Below are positions 40,306 to 50,626 of a DNA stretch of 64,000 nucleotides, in pieces. The DNA is from Nitrospirae bacterium MYbin3 (GTDB lineage Bacteria > Nitrospirota > Thermodesulfovibrionia > Thermodesulfovibrionales > Dissulfurispiraceae): NCBI GenBank assembly GCA_002753335.1, contig PEAD01000002.1, forward strand, positions 62,001 through 126,000. Reading direction: 5' to 3'. A program made the translations under genes and the position numbers. The first letter of the stretch is position 1, and every line of letters begins with the position of its first letter. A model generated the notes under the pieces. That model was not told the origin of the DNA, did no database searches, and worked only from the letters and a program-made list of their open reading frames with translations.

Positions 40306-41421
40306 TTATGCCAGAGGATTGCTTGTCAGAAGGTTTTTGCAGATAACAAGAAAAGGCTTTATTATGTCAGGATCAAACTGTGTACCCGAGTTTTTCTTGA
40401 GCTCTTCAACAGCGGTTTCGAAATCAAGCCCTTTTCTGTAGGGCCTGTCTGTGGTCATAGCATCAAAAGCATCTGCCACTGATATAATTCTGGCGATTAT
40501 AGGGATTTCTGCTCCTTTTAGTCCGGAAGGGTACCCCCTGCCGTCAAATCTTTCGTGGTGATGTTTTATTCCAGGAATTATTTCTTTAAGTTTTTTTATT
40601 CGGGCAAGCATGTCAGCGCCTATTTGAGAATGCTTCATCATATCTTTCATTTCTTCAGAGTCGAGCCTGCCGGGCTTTAGCAATACAGGGTCCGGCACCC
40701 CGATTTTGCCTATATCATGAAGAATCGCTGAAAGTCTTAGTTTTTCTCTTTCGGGTTGAGTAAGACCCATTCTTATTGCGATGGCTATACTAAGTTCCAT
40801 GACACGTCTCGTATGGCCTCCTGTGTAGGGATCCCGAAGTTCTATCGTCTCGGCAAAAGCATGGATGGTTTCATAAAAAGTTTCTTTGAGTTCTTCATGC
40901 AGCTTAGCGTTGTCTATTGTGATTGCCAATTGGTGCGCAAAGGTTGTCATTAAAGCAGACTCGCGGGCTGTGAAATGCCCATCCTTCTTGTTGATTATCT
41001 GGAGCACTCCGATAAGTCTTTCCTTGGTTCCTCTTGGGACGCATATCATATTGTGGGTTGCAAAACCACTTGTTTGATCGACTGTTTTGCAGAATCGCGG
41101 ATCCGAAGAGGTGTTTTCTATTATCATCGGGAGATGGTTTTCCGCAACCCAGCCTGCTATACCTTGCCCTTTTTTAAGTCTTATGGTTTTGATCGTTTGG
41201 CCCTTATCTCCTGTGGCTACATCGAAATAAAGCTCACCAGTTTCAGGATCAAGAAAAAGCAGACTGCCGGCCTCAGCGCCCGTAAGGAGGGTGGCTGAAT
41301 CTATGGCGCGTTTTTTTATTTCTTGTATGTCTAGGGAGGAGTTAACGAGTGCTGTCAGGTCTATGAGCGCTTCAAGGTGTAAGAGCCTGTTTTCTGAATC
41401 GATGCTGTCTGGCAATTGCAT
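40306..41421 (-). CDS. GAF + HD-GYP phosphodiesterase
   Basis: GQGIAGWV and NKK..F GAF motifs; RDPYTGGH, HDIGK, HHERFDGRGYP, RPYR and GTQFDP. Confidence 0.93.
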   Translation of the reverse strand: MQLPDSIDSENRLLHLEALIDLTALVNSSLDIQEIKKRAIDSATLLTGAEAGSLLFLDPETGELYFDVATGDKGQTIKTIRLKKGQGIAGWVAENHLPMIIENTSSDPRFCKTVDQTSGFATHNMICVPRGTKERLIGVLQIINKKDGHFTARESALMTTFAHQLAITIDNAKLHEELKETFYETIHAFAETIELRDPYTGGHTRRVMELSIAIAIRMGLTQPEREKLRLSAILHDIGKIGVPDPVLLKPGRLDSEEMKDMMKHSQIGADMLARIKKLKEIIPGIKHHHERFDGRGYPSGLKGAEIPIIARIISVADAFDAMTTDRPYRKGLDFETAVEELKKNSGTQFDPDIIKPFLVICKNLLTSNPLA

Positions 41422-41512
41422 TCTCCTGAATCGGTTAATATCTATAGTTTAGCAGAAAAAAACGCAAGAATCATTTTTTTAAGCTTTTTTAAGACAGGCA
41501 GTTTGACTTTTA

Positions 41513-41544
41513 TCATATAAATAGATTTTAATATGTTTATATGA
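41513..41544. promoter_or_regulatory. Inverted-repeat operator overlapping the promoter and start codon of the ArsR gene
   Basis: TCATATAAA-N14-TTTATATGA; TTGACT at 41503 and TAATAT at 41529. Confidence 0.7.
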
Positions 41545-41951
41545 ATCAGGCGCTGGATCTTTTTAAAATCTTTTCTGACGAATCGAGGCTCAGGGTGCTG
41601 AACATCCTCGAAAAGAAAGAGCTTGCCGTATGCCAGATAATGGGAATACTGGGCATGTCTCAGCCGCTGGTTTCGCGCAATCTTTTTCTATTGCAGCGGG
41701 CCGGGTTCATTGAATACCGGCGTGAAGGCAAACTTATGTACTACAGATTTAAATCAGAGCTTTCTAAAAAACAGGGGCTTCTTTTTGATGTATTCAGGAT
41801 AGTTGCCGGTGAAGAGCCTGTTTTTAAAAAAGACATGGATTCTCTAAAAGACTGCGAGAGGTTTCAAAAGAAGGTGGGAAAATGCAACATGGAGACGCTT
41901 AAGGCGTTTATGGAATACAGAAAACAGAAGCAGGGCAAGAATAAGAAGTGA
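41541..41951 (+). CDS. ArsR/SmtB-family transcriptional repressor
   Basis: FKIFSDESRLR, ELAVCQ, SQPLVSRNL and RREGKLMYY winged helix. Confidence 0.92.
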   Translation: MNQALDLFKIFSDESRLRVLNILEKKELAVCQIMGILGMSQPLVSRNLFLLQRAGFIEYRREGKLMYYRFKSELSKKQGLLFDVFRIVAGEEPVFKKDMDSLKDCERFQKKVGKCNMETLKAFMEYRKQKQGKNKK

Positions 41952-43309
41952 TGAGAAATATTAAATTAAAAAGAATTGCAGCAATTTTTGTTTTTATGTC
42001 GCTTTTCTCCCTGGCATCTGTACATTCCTCCGGGGCTGCAGAAAAACAGCTTTCGATGTTGGAAGCTGTCAGGCTTGCGATAACCGACAGCCATGAGCTC
42101 AGGGCCTTTAAATACAATGTTGAAGCTGGCAGAGAGGAAATAGGCATCGCACGTAGCAGCCTATTTCCCAGGATAAGTTTTGAGGAGCGTTTTACCAGAA
42201 CCAACAATCCTCCATATGCGTTTATGACAAAGTTGGGGCAGGAGAGAATAGTTCAGCAGGACTTTAATCCTGATGCATTGAACAAGCCGAATGCTGTTAA
42301 CGATTTTCAGAGCGCGGTTTCGTTTGAGCAGATACTGTATTCCCCTAAGACCCTAACCGGAGTTAGTGTATCAAAGAAGAACTATGCAGGAAAGCTTAAA
42401 GACCTGAAAAGAAAGAGGGAAGAGTCTGCCATGAAGACGCTAGAGGCTTTTCTTATGGTTAATACCGCAAAAGCATACCTCATGGCGGCCGATAAAGCGG
42501 TAGAAGAGGCGCAGGAACACTTAAGGATAGCCGAACTCAGATATGGTTCGGGGCTTGGTATTTATTCCGACGCATTGAGGGCAGCGACCATTCTTTCGGA
42601 TGCAGAAAAGAAAGCTCTTGCCGCCCACAAGAATTATAGTCTTGCCAAGCGGTTATTGGGTCTTTCTGTGGGGCGTGAGGAATCCATAGATGCCGGAGAA
42701 ATGTCACCCGAAATACAACTTATGCCTCAATCTTATTATATTGAAAACTCTCTGGACAGGAATGATTTGGCCTCCCTTCGGATTATGCATGAAAATGCTA
42801 AGGAGCACATAAAGCTTGCTGAGGCCGGCTACCACCCGGTAATAGCAATGGGCGGCACCTATCAGTTAAATGACAACAGAAGACCGTTAGGGGATCAGGG
42901 AGACAGTTGGCAGGTTCTTGCTTTTTTAAGGTGGGATGTTTTTGATGGATTCAAAAGAGATGGCGAGCGGGCCAAGGCCAAAGCACAGGCGGCCGAAATT
43001 GAAGAAAATTGGAAAGGGTTTAAGAACACCATCTCATTCAGGATATATAGCACATACCTCGAAGCCGAGGAGACGCAGAAGAATATCGAGCTTTCGAAGA
43101 AGGCTTTAAGCACCGCCGAGGAAGGCATGAGGCTTATCAAGCTGAGATACGAAAACTCGCTTTCTCCAATGGTTGACCTGATCGATGCACAGACTAGCCT
43201 TGACAATGCCCGTGCAGAGGTCATTGCACGCGAGAATAATTACCGACTTGCGGTTATCAGGCTTGGGTTTGAAAGCGGAACCATTTTAAAGGACATGAAA
43301 ATAGAATAG
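41948..43309 (+). CDS. TolC-family outer membrane efflux protein
   Basis: Signal peptide and two OEP repeats (RYGSG, RYENSL..DLIDAQ). Confidence 0.9.
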   Translation: MMRNIKLKRIAAIFVFMSLFSLASVHSSGAAEKQLSMLEAVRLAITDSHELRAFKYNVEAGREEIGIARSSLFPRISFEERFTRTNNPPYAFMTKLGQERIVQQDFNPDALNKPNAVNDFQSAVSFEQILYSPKTLTGVSVSKKNYAGKLKDLKRKREESAMKTLEAFLMVNTAKAYLMAADKAVEEAQEHLRIAELRYGSGLGIYSDALRAATILSDAEKKALAAHKNYSLAKRLLGLSVGREESIDAGEMSPEIQLMPQSYYIENSLDRNDLASLRIMHENAKEHIKLAEAGYHPVIAMGGTYQLNDNRRPLGDQGDSWQVLAFLRWDVFDGFKRDGERAKAKAQAAEIEENWKGFKNTISFRIYSTYLEAEETQKNIELSKKALSTAEEGMRLIKLRYENSLSPMVDLIDAQTSLDNARAEVIARENNYRLAVIRLGFESGTILKDMKIE

Positions 43310-43320
43310 CGGAGGAATAA

Positions 43321-44394
43321 ATGTCAATGCTGAAATCATATGCGGTTCTAGCCTTTCTTTTGCTGTCGTTTCTTTTTGCCGGCGGCTGTAAAAACGGTGA
43401 TTATAAGGCACAAGAGGCGAAGAGACCTGAGATATCCGGAGTGACCGTTTTGAAGGTTGAACCTTCGCAGACAGAGATTTTCTATGAAACAACAGGAACC
43501 GTAAAAGCCCTGAATTCAAGCGTAATAGCGAGCAGAGTTATAGGGACTGTGCTGTCTATGAATGTGAGTGCAGGAGACAGTGTGCGGGCCGGACAGGTTT
43601 TATTGACGATAGATGACAGCGATGCAATTCAGCGCGTAAAGGCGGCAGAGAAAGGTTATGAGGCGGCAAAGCAGAGAAAGGGCCTTTCTGAAGCTACATT
43701 CAACAGATACAAAAAACTGTTTGACCAAAAAGCGATTTCTCAGCAGGAGATGGATCAGATAGAGACGCAGAAAAAAGTTGATGAAAGCGAGCTTGAACGT
43801 GCTAAAGCACTTTTTGCAGAGGCACAGACGCATCAGGGCTTTACAAAAATAACCGCGCCGCTTTCGGGTGTGGTTGTTGAAAAAAAGATAGACAGGGGCA
43901 GCACCGCGGTTCCGGGGACGCCTATAATCACGATTGAAGAGAACTCCGGCTATCGGTTTGAGGCTGCTGTTGACGAGAGGCTTTTAGGAAGTGTTAAGCG
44001 CGGTATGGCGGTTTATATTGTTATTGATGCAATCGGGCAGACGGTCAAGGGGGTGATCAACGAAGTAGTTCCGGCTGTTGATCCTGCTTCTCGTTCTTTT
44101 TTGGTAAAAGTTGGAATCAACAGTACAGGGCTAAGGTCCGGTCTTTATGGAAAACTTTTGATTCCTGAAGGGAAGCGAAATATGCTGCTTGTGCCGCAGA
44201 AAGCGGTCATTGAAAAGGGACAGCTTACCGGTGTTTATGCGGTTGATGAAAAAGGAGTTGTGACATATCGATTGATAAAGGCGGGCAAGATGAATAACGG
44301 CATGACCGAAATTCTTTCGGGGCTTAATGCAGGCGAAAAAATTATCGCCGAGGGAGCTGAAAGGGCTGTTGACGGAGGAATGGTCAGGCAGTAG
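43321..44394 (+). CDS. RND periplasmic adaptor lipoprotein
   Basis: Lipobox-like AGGC, GDSVRAGQVL, ITAPLSG and VDPASRSF. Confidence 0.9.
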   Translation: MSMLKSYAVLAFLLLSFLFAGGCKNGDYKAQEAKRPEISGVTVLKVEPSQTEIFYETTGTVKALNSSVIASRVIGTVLSMNVSAGDSVRAGQVLLTIDDSDAIQRVKAAEKGYEAAKQRKGLSEATFNRYKKLFDQKAISQQEMDQIETQKKVDESELERAKALFAEAQTHQGFTKITAPLSGVVVEKKIDRGSTAVPGTPIITIEENSGYRFEAAVDERLLGSVKRGMAVYIVIDAIGQTVKGVINEVVPAVDPASRSFLVKVGINSTGLRSGLYGKLLIPEGKRNMLLVPQKAVIEKGQLTGVYAVDEKGVVTYRLIKAGKMNNGMTEILSGLNAGEKIIAEGAERAVDGGMVRQ

Positions 44395-44417
44395 CAGCGT
44401 CCGGCAAATAATTAAAT

Positions 44418-47400
44418 ATGGATACTATAGGTATTTCGGGAAGAATAGCCAAAGCATTTATTCAGTCCAAGCTGACGCCTCTGATTATCGCTGCATCGCT
44501 TGTTTTGGGTGTATTTGCGGTCGTTATCACTCCGCGTGAAGAGGAACCCCAGATCGTAGTTCCGATGGTTGATGTATTTGTTTCTTATCCTGGCGCCTCT
44601 GCAAAAGAGGTTGAGGAACGCGTAACCAAGCCTATGGAAAAATTGCTCTGGGAGATAAAGGGCGTAGAGTATGTCTATTCGATATCCAAACCCGGCATGA
44701 GTATGGCGATTGTAAGATTTTATGTGGGAGAGGATACCGAAAACAGCCTAGTAAAACTTTACAACAAGCTCTGGTCTAACTTCGACAAGATACCGCATGG
44801 CGTATCTCAGCCGCTGGTGAAACCGCGATCCATTGATGATGTTCCGATACTTTCTCTAACCTTCTGGGGCGAGAAGTATTCCGGTTATGATCTGAGAAGG
44901 GTTGCTGTGGAGGCTGCGGATGAATTGAAAAAAGATCCCGAAATAGCAGAGTTCAACATTCTCGGCGGGCAGAGGCGGCAGATAAGGATAGACCTTGAAC
45001 CTGCGCGGATTGCCGCTTATGGCCTATCGCCTCTTCAGATAGCCGGAATGCTTCAGAAGGCAAATTTTGTGATTTCCGCAGGTTCTGCCCAGAAATCAAA
45101 CAATGAGTTTATAGTCAATTCAGGCTCATTTTTAAAAGATGCAAAAGAGGTCGGCAATGTTGTGGTTTCGGCTCAGAATGGAAGACCGGTCTATCTGCGC
45201 GAAATTGCCAAGATACAGGATGGCGCTGAAGAGCCGTCGAATTTGGTATTTATGGGCTTCGGCGCTGCTTCGAAAAATATGAAGGCTGGTCAGTTTGAGG
45301 CTGTGACTTTATCAATCGCAAAGAAAAAAGGCACGAATGCAACCCATATTGCTGAGCGTGCCATAAAGAAGATTGAGGCTATAAAGGGCGGCCTTATCCC
45401 CAGTGATATCCATATTGCGGTCACGAGAAACTATGGGGATACCGCAAAAGAAAAGTCTGATGAACTTCTAGAGCATATGTTTATTGCCGCCATATCGGTC
45501 ACCATTTTAGTAGCTCTTGCTCTCGGGTGGCGTGAGTCCATTATCGTAGCTGTTGCGGTGCCGGTAACACTCGCTCTCACAATTCTTGTGAACTATACGT
45601 ACGGATATACCCTCAACAGGGTCACGCTTTTTGCCCTTATCTTTTCTATAGGAATACTTGTGGATGACGCTATTGTGGTTGTTGAAAACATCCACCGCCA
45701 CTTTACTATGAAAAGTGTTTCGACCAAAACAGCGGTTCTGGCTGTTGACGAGGTGGGCAATCCCACCATACTTGCTACTTTTACGGTCATTGCAGCGCTT
45801 CTGCCGATGGCTTTTGTATCAGGTTTGATGGGCCCCTACATGAGGCCGATACCGGTCGGAGCTTCTGCTGCTATGCTTATTTCTCTTCTAATAGCTTTTA
45901 TTATCAGTCCTTGGCTTAGTTATATCGTACTCAGAAACGTCAAGCACGGCAAGTCTTCGGAGAGCGAAGAAAACCGTTTTCTTGCGGTCTTCAACAGGTT
46001 TTATGAAAAGAATCTGCGAAGCTTGCTAGACAGGGGAAGAAAACGGACATTTTTTTATGGGCTTGTAATTCTGCTTATGGCTTTGGCCGTAATACTTGTG
46101 CCGCTTAAGCTTGTAATAGTTAAGATGCTTCCTTTTGACAATAAGAGCGAGCTTCAGGTTCTAATTGATATGCCCGAGAGCGCTGCACTTGAAAATACCG
46201 CTGCTGTCACAAGGGAAATAGCAGAGTATCTTAAGACGGTGCCCGAAGTTGTAAATTACCAGTCCTACATAGGAACTTCCGCCCCATTTAATTTCAACGG
46301 ACTTGTGCGCCATTATTTTTTGCGTGCAGGAAGCAATATGGCAGATATACAGGTAAACTTTGTTGGCAAAAACGACAGAAAGGCGCAGAGCCACGAAATA
46401 GCTAAAAGACTGAGGGGTGAGATTAAGCGCATCGGCGACAAATACGGCGCAAGAGTTAAGGTGGTTGAGATCCCTCCGGGGCCGCCTGTTTTAAGCACAC
46501 TCGTTGCCGAGGTTTACGGCCCTGATTTTGAGAGGCTGATAGAGGTTGCCCGTGAAATAAAAGGTGTATTTGAAAAAACTGCGGGCGTTGTTGATATTGA
46601 CTGGTATGTTGAAAACGATCAAACAAAACTTGCCTTTGAAGTTGACAAGGAAAAAGCCTCATACCACGGGATTTCGACCGAGGAGATTGCTCAAACTTTG
46701 AAAACCGTTATCGGCGGCATGAGCGCCGGACTCGCACATATTGAAAAAGACAAAGAACCTGTGGAGCTTTTGATTAGAGGCATGCTCAAAGAAAGATCCG
46801 ATATATCCAGCCTGCAAAGCATTATGATTCCTTCATCTTCTGGGGGGCAGGTGCCTCTTTCTGCATTGATTAAAGCAAAAGAAGGCATAGAGGATAAAAC
46901 CATCTATCACAAGAACTTAAAGCGGGTTGTTTATGTAACCGGTGACGTGGCCGGAATAGAGGAAAGCCCGGTGTATGTGATTCTGAAAATGAAAGAGATG
47001 ATATCTAAGCTCAAACTGCCTGAGGGTTATGAATTGAAGCAGTACTCTTCTGTTCAGCCTGACCTCGAAAATAAATACTCATTGAAGTGGGACGGCGAAT
47101 GGCATATCACTTATGAGGTTTTCAGAGACCTGGGCATTGCTTTCGCTGCGGTGATGATTCTGATTTATGTTATGGTGGTTGGATGGTTCCGCTCATTTAT
47201 TGTGCCGCTTGTGATCATGGCTCCGATACCTCTTTCATTGGTCGGAATACTGCCCGGCCATGCGCTGATGGGAGCATTTTTTACAGCCACCTCGATGATA
47301 GGCTTTATAGCCGGTGCCGGTATAGTTGTGAGGAATTCAATTATTCTTGTTGATTTTATCGAGCTTAAACTATCTGAAGGAGTGCCGCTTAAAGAGGCTG

Positions 47401-47645
47401 TTGTACAGGCGGGTATTATAAGGTTCAGGCCTATGCTTTTGACTGCTGCAGCGGTTGTGGTTGGTTCATCGGTCATTCTTTTTGATCCGATATTTCAGGG
47501 CATGGCGATTTCTTTGATGGCGGGTGAAATTGCATCCACATTGCTTTCCAGAACTATGGTGCCTGTGCTTTATTTTGTTTATAAAGATTGGGAGATAAAA
47601 AAGGCTGCCCAGTCTGATTTTTTAGCGGCCGAGAAAAATGCGTAG
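44418..47645 (+). CDS. RND efflux permease (AcrB/AcrD/AcrF family, PREEEPQI subtype)
   Basis: 1075 aa; [27 protein letters not shown] and RFRPMLLT. Confidence 0.95.
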   Translation: MDTIGISGRIAKAFIQSKLTPLIIAASLVLGVFAVVITPREEEPQIVVPMVDVFVSYPGASAKEVEERVTKPMEKLLWEIKGVEYVYSISKPGMSMAIVRFYVGEDTENSLVKLYNKLWSNFDKIPHGVSQPLVKPRSIDDVPILSLTFWGEKYSGYDLRRVAVEAADELKKDPEIAEFNILGGQRRQIRIDLEPARIAAYGLSPLQIAGMLQKANFVISAGSAQKSNNEFIVNSGSFLKDAKEVGNVVVSAQNGRPVYLREIAKIQDGAEEPSNLVFMGFGAASKNMKAGQFEAVTLSIAKKKGTNATHIAERAIKKIEAIKGGLIPSDIHIAVTRNYGDTAKEKSDELLEHMFIAAISVTILVALALGWRESIIVAVAVPVTLALTILVNYTYGYTLNRVTLFALIFSIGILVDDAIVVVENIHRHFTMKSVSTKTAVLAVDEVGNPTILATFTVIAALLPMAFVSGLMGPYMRPIPVGASAAMLISLLIAFIISPWLSYIVLRNVKHGKSSESEENRFLAVFNRFYEKNLRSLLDRGRKRTFFYGLVILLMALAVILVPLKLVIVKMLPFDNKSELQVLIDMPESAALENTAAVTREIAEYLKTVPEVVNYQSYIGTSAPFNFNGLVRHYFLRAGSNMADIQVNFVGKNDRKAQSHEIAKRLRGEIKRIGDKYGARVKVVEIPPGPPVLSTLVAEVYGPDFERLIEVAREIKGVFEKTAGVVDIDWYVENDQTKLAFEVDKEKASYHGISTEEIAQTLKTVIGGMSAGLAHIEKDKEPVELLIRGMLKERSDISSLQSIMIPSSSGGQVPLSALIKAKEGIEDKTIYHKNLKRVVYVTGDVAGIEESPVYVILKMKEMISKLKLPEGYELKQYSSVQPDLENKYSLKWDGEWHITYEVFRDLGIAFAAVMILIYVMVVGWFRSFIVPLVIMAPIPLSLVGILPGHALMGAFFTATSMIGFIAGAGIVVRNSIILVDFIELKLSEGVPLKEAVVQAGIIRFRPMLLTAAAVVVGSSVILFDPIFQGMAISLMAGEIASTLLSRTMVPVLYFVYKDWEIKKAAQSDFLAAEKNA

Positions 47646-47659
47646 AAGGAGGAATTGTT

Positions 47660-47893
47660 ATGATGTACATCGCAAAAACTAACGAGTGGTATCTGGAAAG
47701 GGTTATCTGGCTTGTCGCTGGGGTATTTGCGCTTTCAAGCGCTTTATTGGCGGCGTTTCACAGCCCTTACTGGCTTATTCTGACTGGGCTTGTTGGATTC
47801 AATCTGATAATTTTTGCATTTACAGGCTTCTGTCTTATGGCGAACATTCTTTACAAACTTGGACTGAAGCCCAAACTGCAGAAGCAGGGATAA
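47660..47893 (+). CDS. DUF2892 (YgaP-like TM) protein
   Basis: ERVIWLVAG..VGFNL..FTGFCLM pattern; two TMs and the conserved Cys. Confidence 0.85.
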   Translation: MMYIAKTNEWYLERVIWLVAGVFALSSALLAAFHSPYWLILTGLVGFNLIIFAFTGFCLMANILYKLGLKPKLQKQG

Positions 47894-47926
47894 TCAGGCG
47901 GCAGAATTTTTATAAGGAGACTTTTT

Positions 47927-48595
47927 ATGGCTAAAGCATTGTCTAAAGATGTTATGAGGAAGCGTTATATTCAGTGGGTGCTTGTGCCCATAATGGTTCT
48001 GACTATTGCGCTTGGATGGAAATATCCTTTATGGGGTTATACCGTAGCGGTAGCCATGATGGCGGGCATGATTGGAGGCGCCTTCAGAGGCCGCTATGTC
48101 TGCGGCAATCTCTGTCCTAGGGGAGCTTTCCTGGATCGTGTCTTGTCAAAGATAAGCTACAGCAAGCCGATACCGCCTTTTTTCAGGAATATGAAATTCA
48201 GATGGCTGGTGTTTGCGGCGCTTATGAGCTTCATGACTTTTCAGATGATAAACAAGCCGGCTGACACGAACTGGGTCGATCATGTAGGCAGGGTCTTCTG
48301 GTTTATGTGCACATTTACGACAAGCATTGCGGTGGTGCTCGGGCTGTTTATACACCAGAGGACATGGTGCTCATTTTGTCCTGTGGGAACGGTTTCGAAT
48401 GTGGAAGGAAGGGGCAAGTATCAGTTGAATATAGAACCATCATGCAAAGAATGCGGGTTATGTGAAAAGTCCTGTCCTATGAATCTCGAGATCTTTAAGT
48501 ACAAACCTGACGGCAGAATGCTTGATCCAGACTGTCTGAAATGTTCGGAATGTGTAGGCGTATGCCCTAAAGGAGCGCTGAGTTTTCGGAGCTGA
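47927..48595 (+). CDS. Membrane 4Fe-4S protein (NapH/YccM-like)
   Basis: CGNLCP and WCSFCP membrane-linked motifs plus two CxxCxxCxxxCP. Confidence 0.88.
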   Translation: MAKALSKDVMRKRYIQWVLVPIMVLTIALGWKYPLWGYTVAVAMMAGMIGGAFRGRYVCGNLCPRGAFLDRVLSKISYSKPIPPFFRNMKFRWLVFAALMSFMTFQMINKPADTNWVDHVGRVFWFMCTFTTSIAVVLGLFIHQRTWCSFCPVGTVSNVEGRGKYQLNIEPSCKECGLCEKSCPMNLEIFKYKPDGRMLDPDCLKCSECVGVCPKGALSFRS

Positions 48596-48598
48596 AAT

Positions 48599-49111
48599 TT
48601 AGCCGCCGTATTTTACGCAGAGACCTGAAATAAAGCTTTCCAGTTCGTCAGGCGGATAAAGCGAGTCAGGGAGCTGTTCTTCAAGCATGCATGCCTTGAA
48701 TATGAGCTTCAGGAGATTTATTGCTGCATAAGTGGTTAGCTCCATAGGCAGCGAGCTTACAGCATTTTCGATCAGCAGAGTATCTGAATACCACAAGTCA
48801 TCAGCTATCGGTTTGGCTGATGCACAGTCTTTTCCTTTAAAAGGTTTCAACGTAGCGCCGCGTTCCAATGCCAGAGACCTTACGCCTAAATTGACCGACT
48901 GAAGCCCTTTTGCAGCCGGATTCTGGCCAAGACGGTGACGGCGTTTTGTGATTGGAAGGAACCTTTCTAGATTTACGCCAGAGCAGTATATCAATGATTT
49001 CTCGGCTGTGCCGATAGGCTTAAATACAAAATACATAAAGGAGGTTTTGTATTCGAAGACGGATTTTGTGTCGGCAGATGCTGGTTTGTTCAGCAAACTT
49101 CCCCGCCCCAT
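48599..49111 (-). CDS. Hypothetical protein coupled to plsC (start may be TTG at 49096)
   Basis: 170-aa ORF filling the gap and overlapping the plsC stop; no motif recognised. Confidence 0.7.
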   Translation of the reverse strand: MGRGSLLNKPASADTKSVFEYKTSFMYFVFKPIGTAEKSLIYCSGVNLERFLPITKRRHRLGQNPAAKGLQSVNLGVRSLALERGATLKPFKGKDCASAKPIADDLWYSDTLLIENAVSSLPMELTTYAAINLLKLIFKACMLEEQLPDSLYPPDELESFISGLCVKYGG

Positions 49112-49878
49112 TCGCCGAGCTTTTTAGCAATAAAATCTATAATCAGATTATGCTCTTCTGTTCCACGGTCTTTAATAAAGAGCGGCTTGCCAAAAGCGAT
49201 ATGAGCGGTTTTATCAGGGGATATCTTTCCGAAATCTTTTAAGCGCTTACCGTTGCCCCATGCATCGGTTTTAAGCGCAAAGGGGATTATAGGAACTTCT
49301 GCCCTCTTTGCCAGTTTTAGCCCTATGGTGTTAAACGATTTGGCATCGAATATAGCTATGCGGGTTGTCTGCGGAAAAATTATCACCGAAATGCCGGATT
49401 TAAGCCGTTCTGTGCCTTCTTCTAGGACCTTTTTTAAGTCTTCACGGGCGTTTGCACGGCTCACCGCTATTGGATTTGTCGCACGCATAAGATGTTTGAA
49501 AACCGGATAGTCTATGAGCCCTTCCTTGATTACAAAGGTCGCCTGCTTTTCGGAAGATATGATGCCGGGCAAAACAAAGGTTTCAAGAGCACTCATGTGA
49601 TTGCCTATGAACACGGCAGGCCCGTCAAGCGAAATGAAGTTATCGGTGCCATCTATTTCTAGATGTACTCCTACATTTTCGAGGGCATTCATAACATCTA
49701 AGCTGCTCCTCCACCACGCCTCATTATCGTACATGCCGCGCTTAGCCATAGAGGCACATTTAGAGACAATCCTGTAAAGGTTTTGATAAAAGCATAGCTC
49801 AGGCATCATCTTTGAGAAAACAGAAATATTTTTCTTGGGGGTGGCGTAAGAGCCGTTTATGTATTGCAGCCTGTCCAT
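49090..49878 (-). CDS. plsC: Lysophospholipid acyltransferase (PlsC family)
   Basis: NHMSALE (HxxxxD/E), FVIKE, FPQTTR and PIIP. Confidence 0.8.
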   Translation of the reverse strand: MDRLQYINGSYATPKKNISVFSKMMPELCFYQNLYRIVSKCASMAKRGMYDNEAWWRSSLDVMNALENVGVHLEIDGTDNFISLDGPAVFIGNHMSALETFVLPGIISSEKQATFVIKEGLIDYPVFKHLMRATNPIAVSRANAREDLKKVLEEGTERLKSGISVIIFPQTTRIAIFDAKSFNTIGLKLAKRAEVPIIPFALKTDAWGNGKRLKDFGKISPDKTAHIAFGKPLFIKDRGTEEHNLIIDFIAKKLGEWGGEVC

Positions 49879-49958
49879 AACAAATTAGTTTATTTGGCGT
49901 TTATGCAGCTTGTCAATAAAATCGATGAAATGTTTACACATTTTTGCTAATATAACAC

Positions 49959-50624
49959 ATGCTTTCTGAAATCGGAATATTCGGGGATCTCAATAAATCA
50001 GAACTTTCTTCACTTGAGTCCGCATGCCATCCCGAAAAACATAAAAAGAGAAACGCTATTTTTTCTGAGGGCGATCCGGCTGACTGGCTTTTCATTCTGG
50101 TAAAAGGCAAGGTTAAGATCACTAAGCTTTCTAATGAGGGCAAGGAGCTGATACTTGAAATGATAAGCCCTCCCGACTTCTTTGGAGGCCTTGCGGTGGT
50201 TAAGGGGTTTCCATATCCTGCCAATGCAGTAGCTGTTGAAGACTGCGAGATATTGAAAATGCCGAAATCCGCTTTTCTTAAGACCCTAGAAAAACATCCT
50301 GATATGACTGTAAAAATGCTCGGCAACCTTATAGAGCGCGTAAAAGCCTCGCACGAGAATATGAAGAATATAGCCCTAGAAAAGGTTGATTCGCGCATAG
50401 CATACACCCTCGTTAAAATCGCTGACAAGCACGGCATTAAGAAAAAAGAAGGAATTCTCCTTGATACAAAAGTCACTAAACAGGAACTTGCGGACATGGT
50501 GGGCACCACCGTAGAAACTACCATACGCATTATGAGCAAATTCAAAAAATCGGGCTACATAGACGACACTGATGGGAAAATCCTGATTAAAAAAATGGAT
50601 GTGCTGAAGGATTTTACGGCTTAA
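49959..50624 (+). CDS. Crp/Fnr-family transcriptional regulator
   Basis: cNMP-binding barrel and TKQELADMVGTTVETTIR HTH; no FNR N-terminal Cys cluster. Confidence 0.93.
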   Translation: MLSEIGIFGDLNKSELSSLESACHPEKHKKRNAIFSEGDPADWLFILVKGKVKITKLSNEGKELILEMISPPDFFGGLAVVKGFPYPANAVAVEDCEILKMPKSAFLKTLEKHPDMTVKMLGNLIERVKASHENMKNIALEKVDSRIAYTLVKIADKHGIKKKEGILLDTKVTKQELADMVGTTVETTIRIMSKFKKSGYIDDTDGKILIKKMDVLKDFTA

Positions 50625-50626
50625 GG

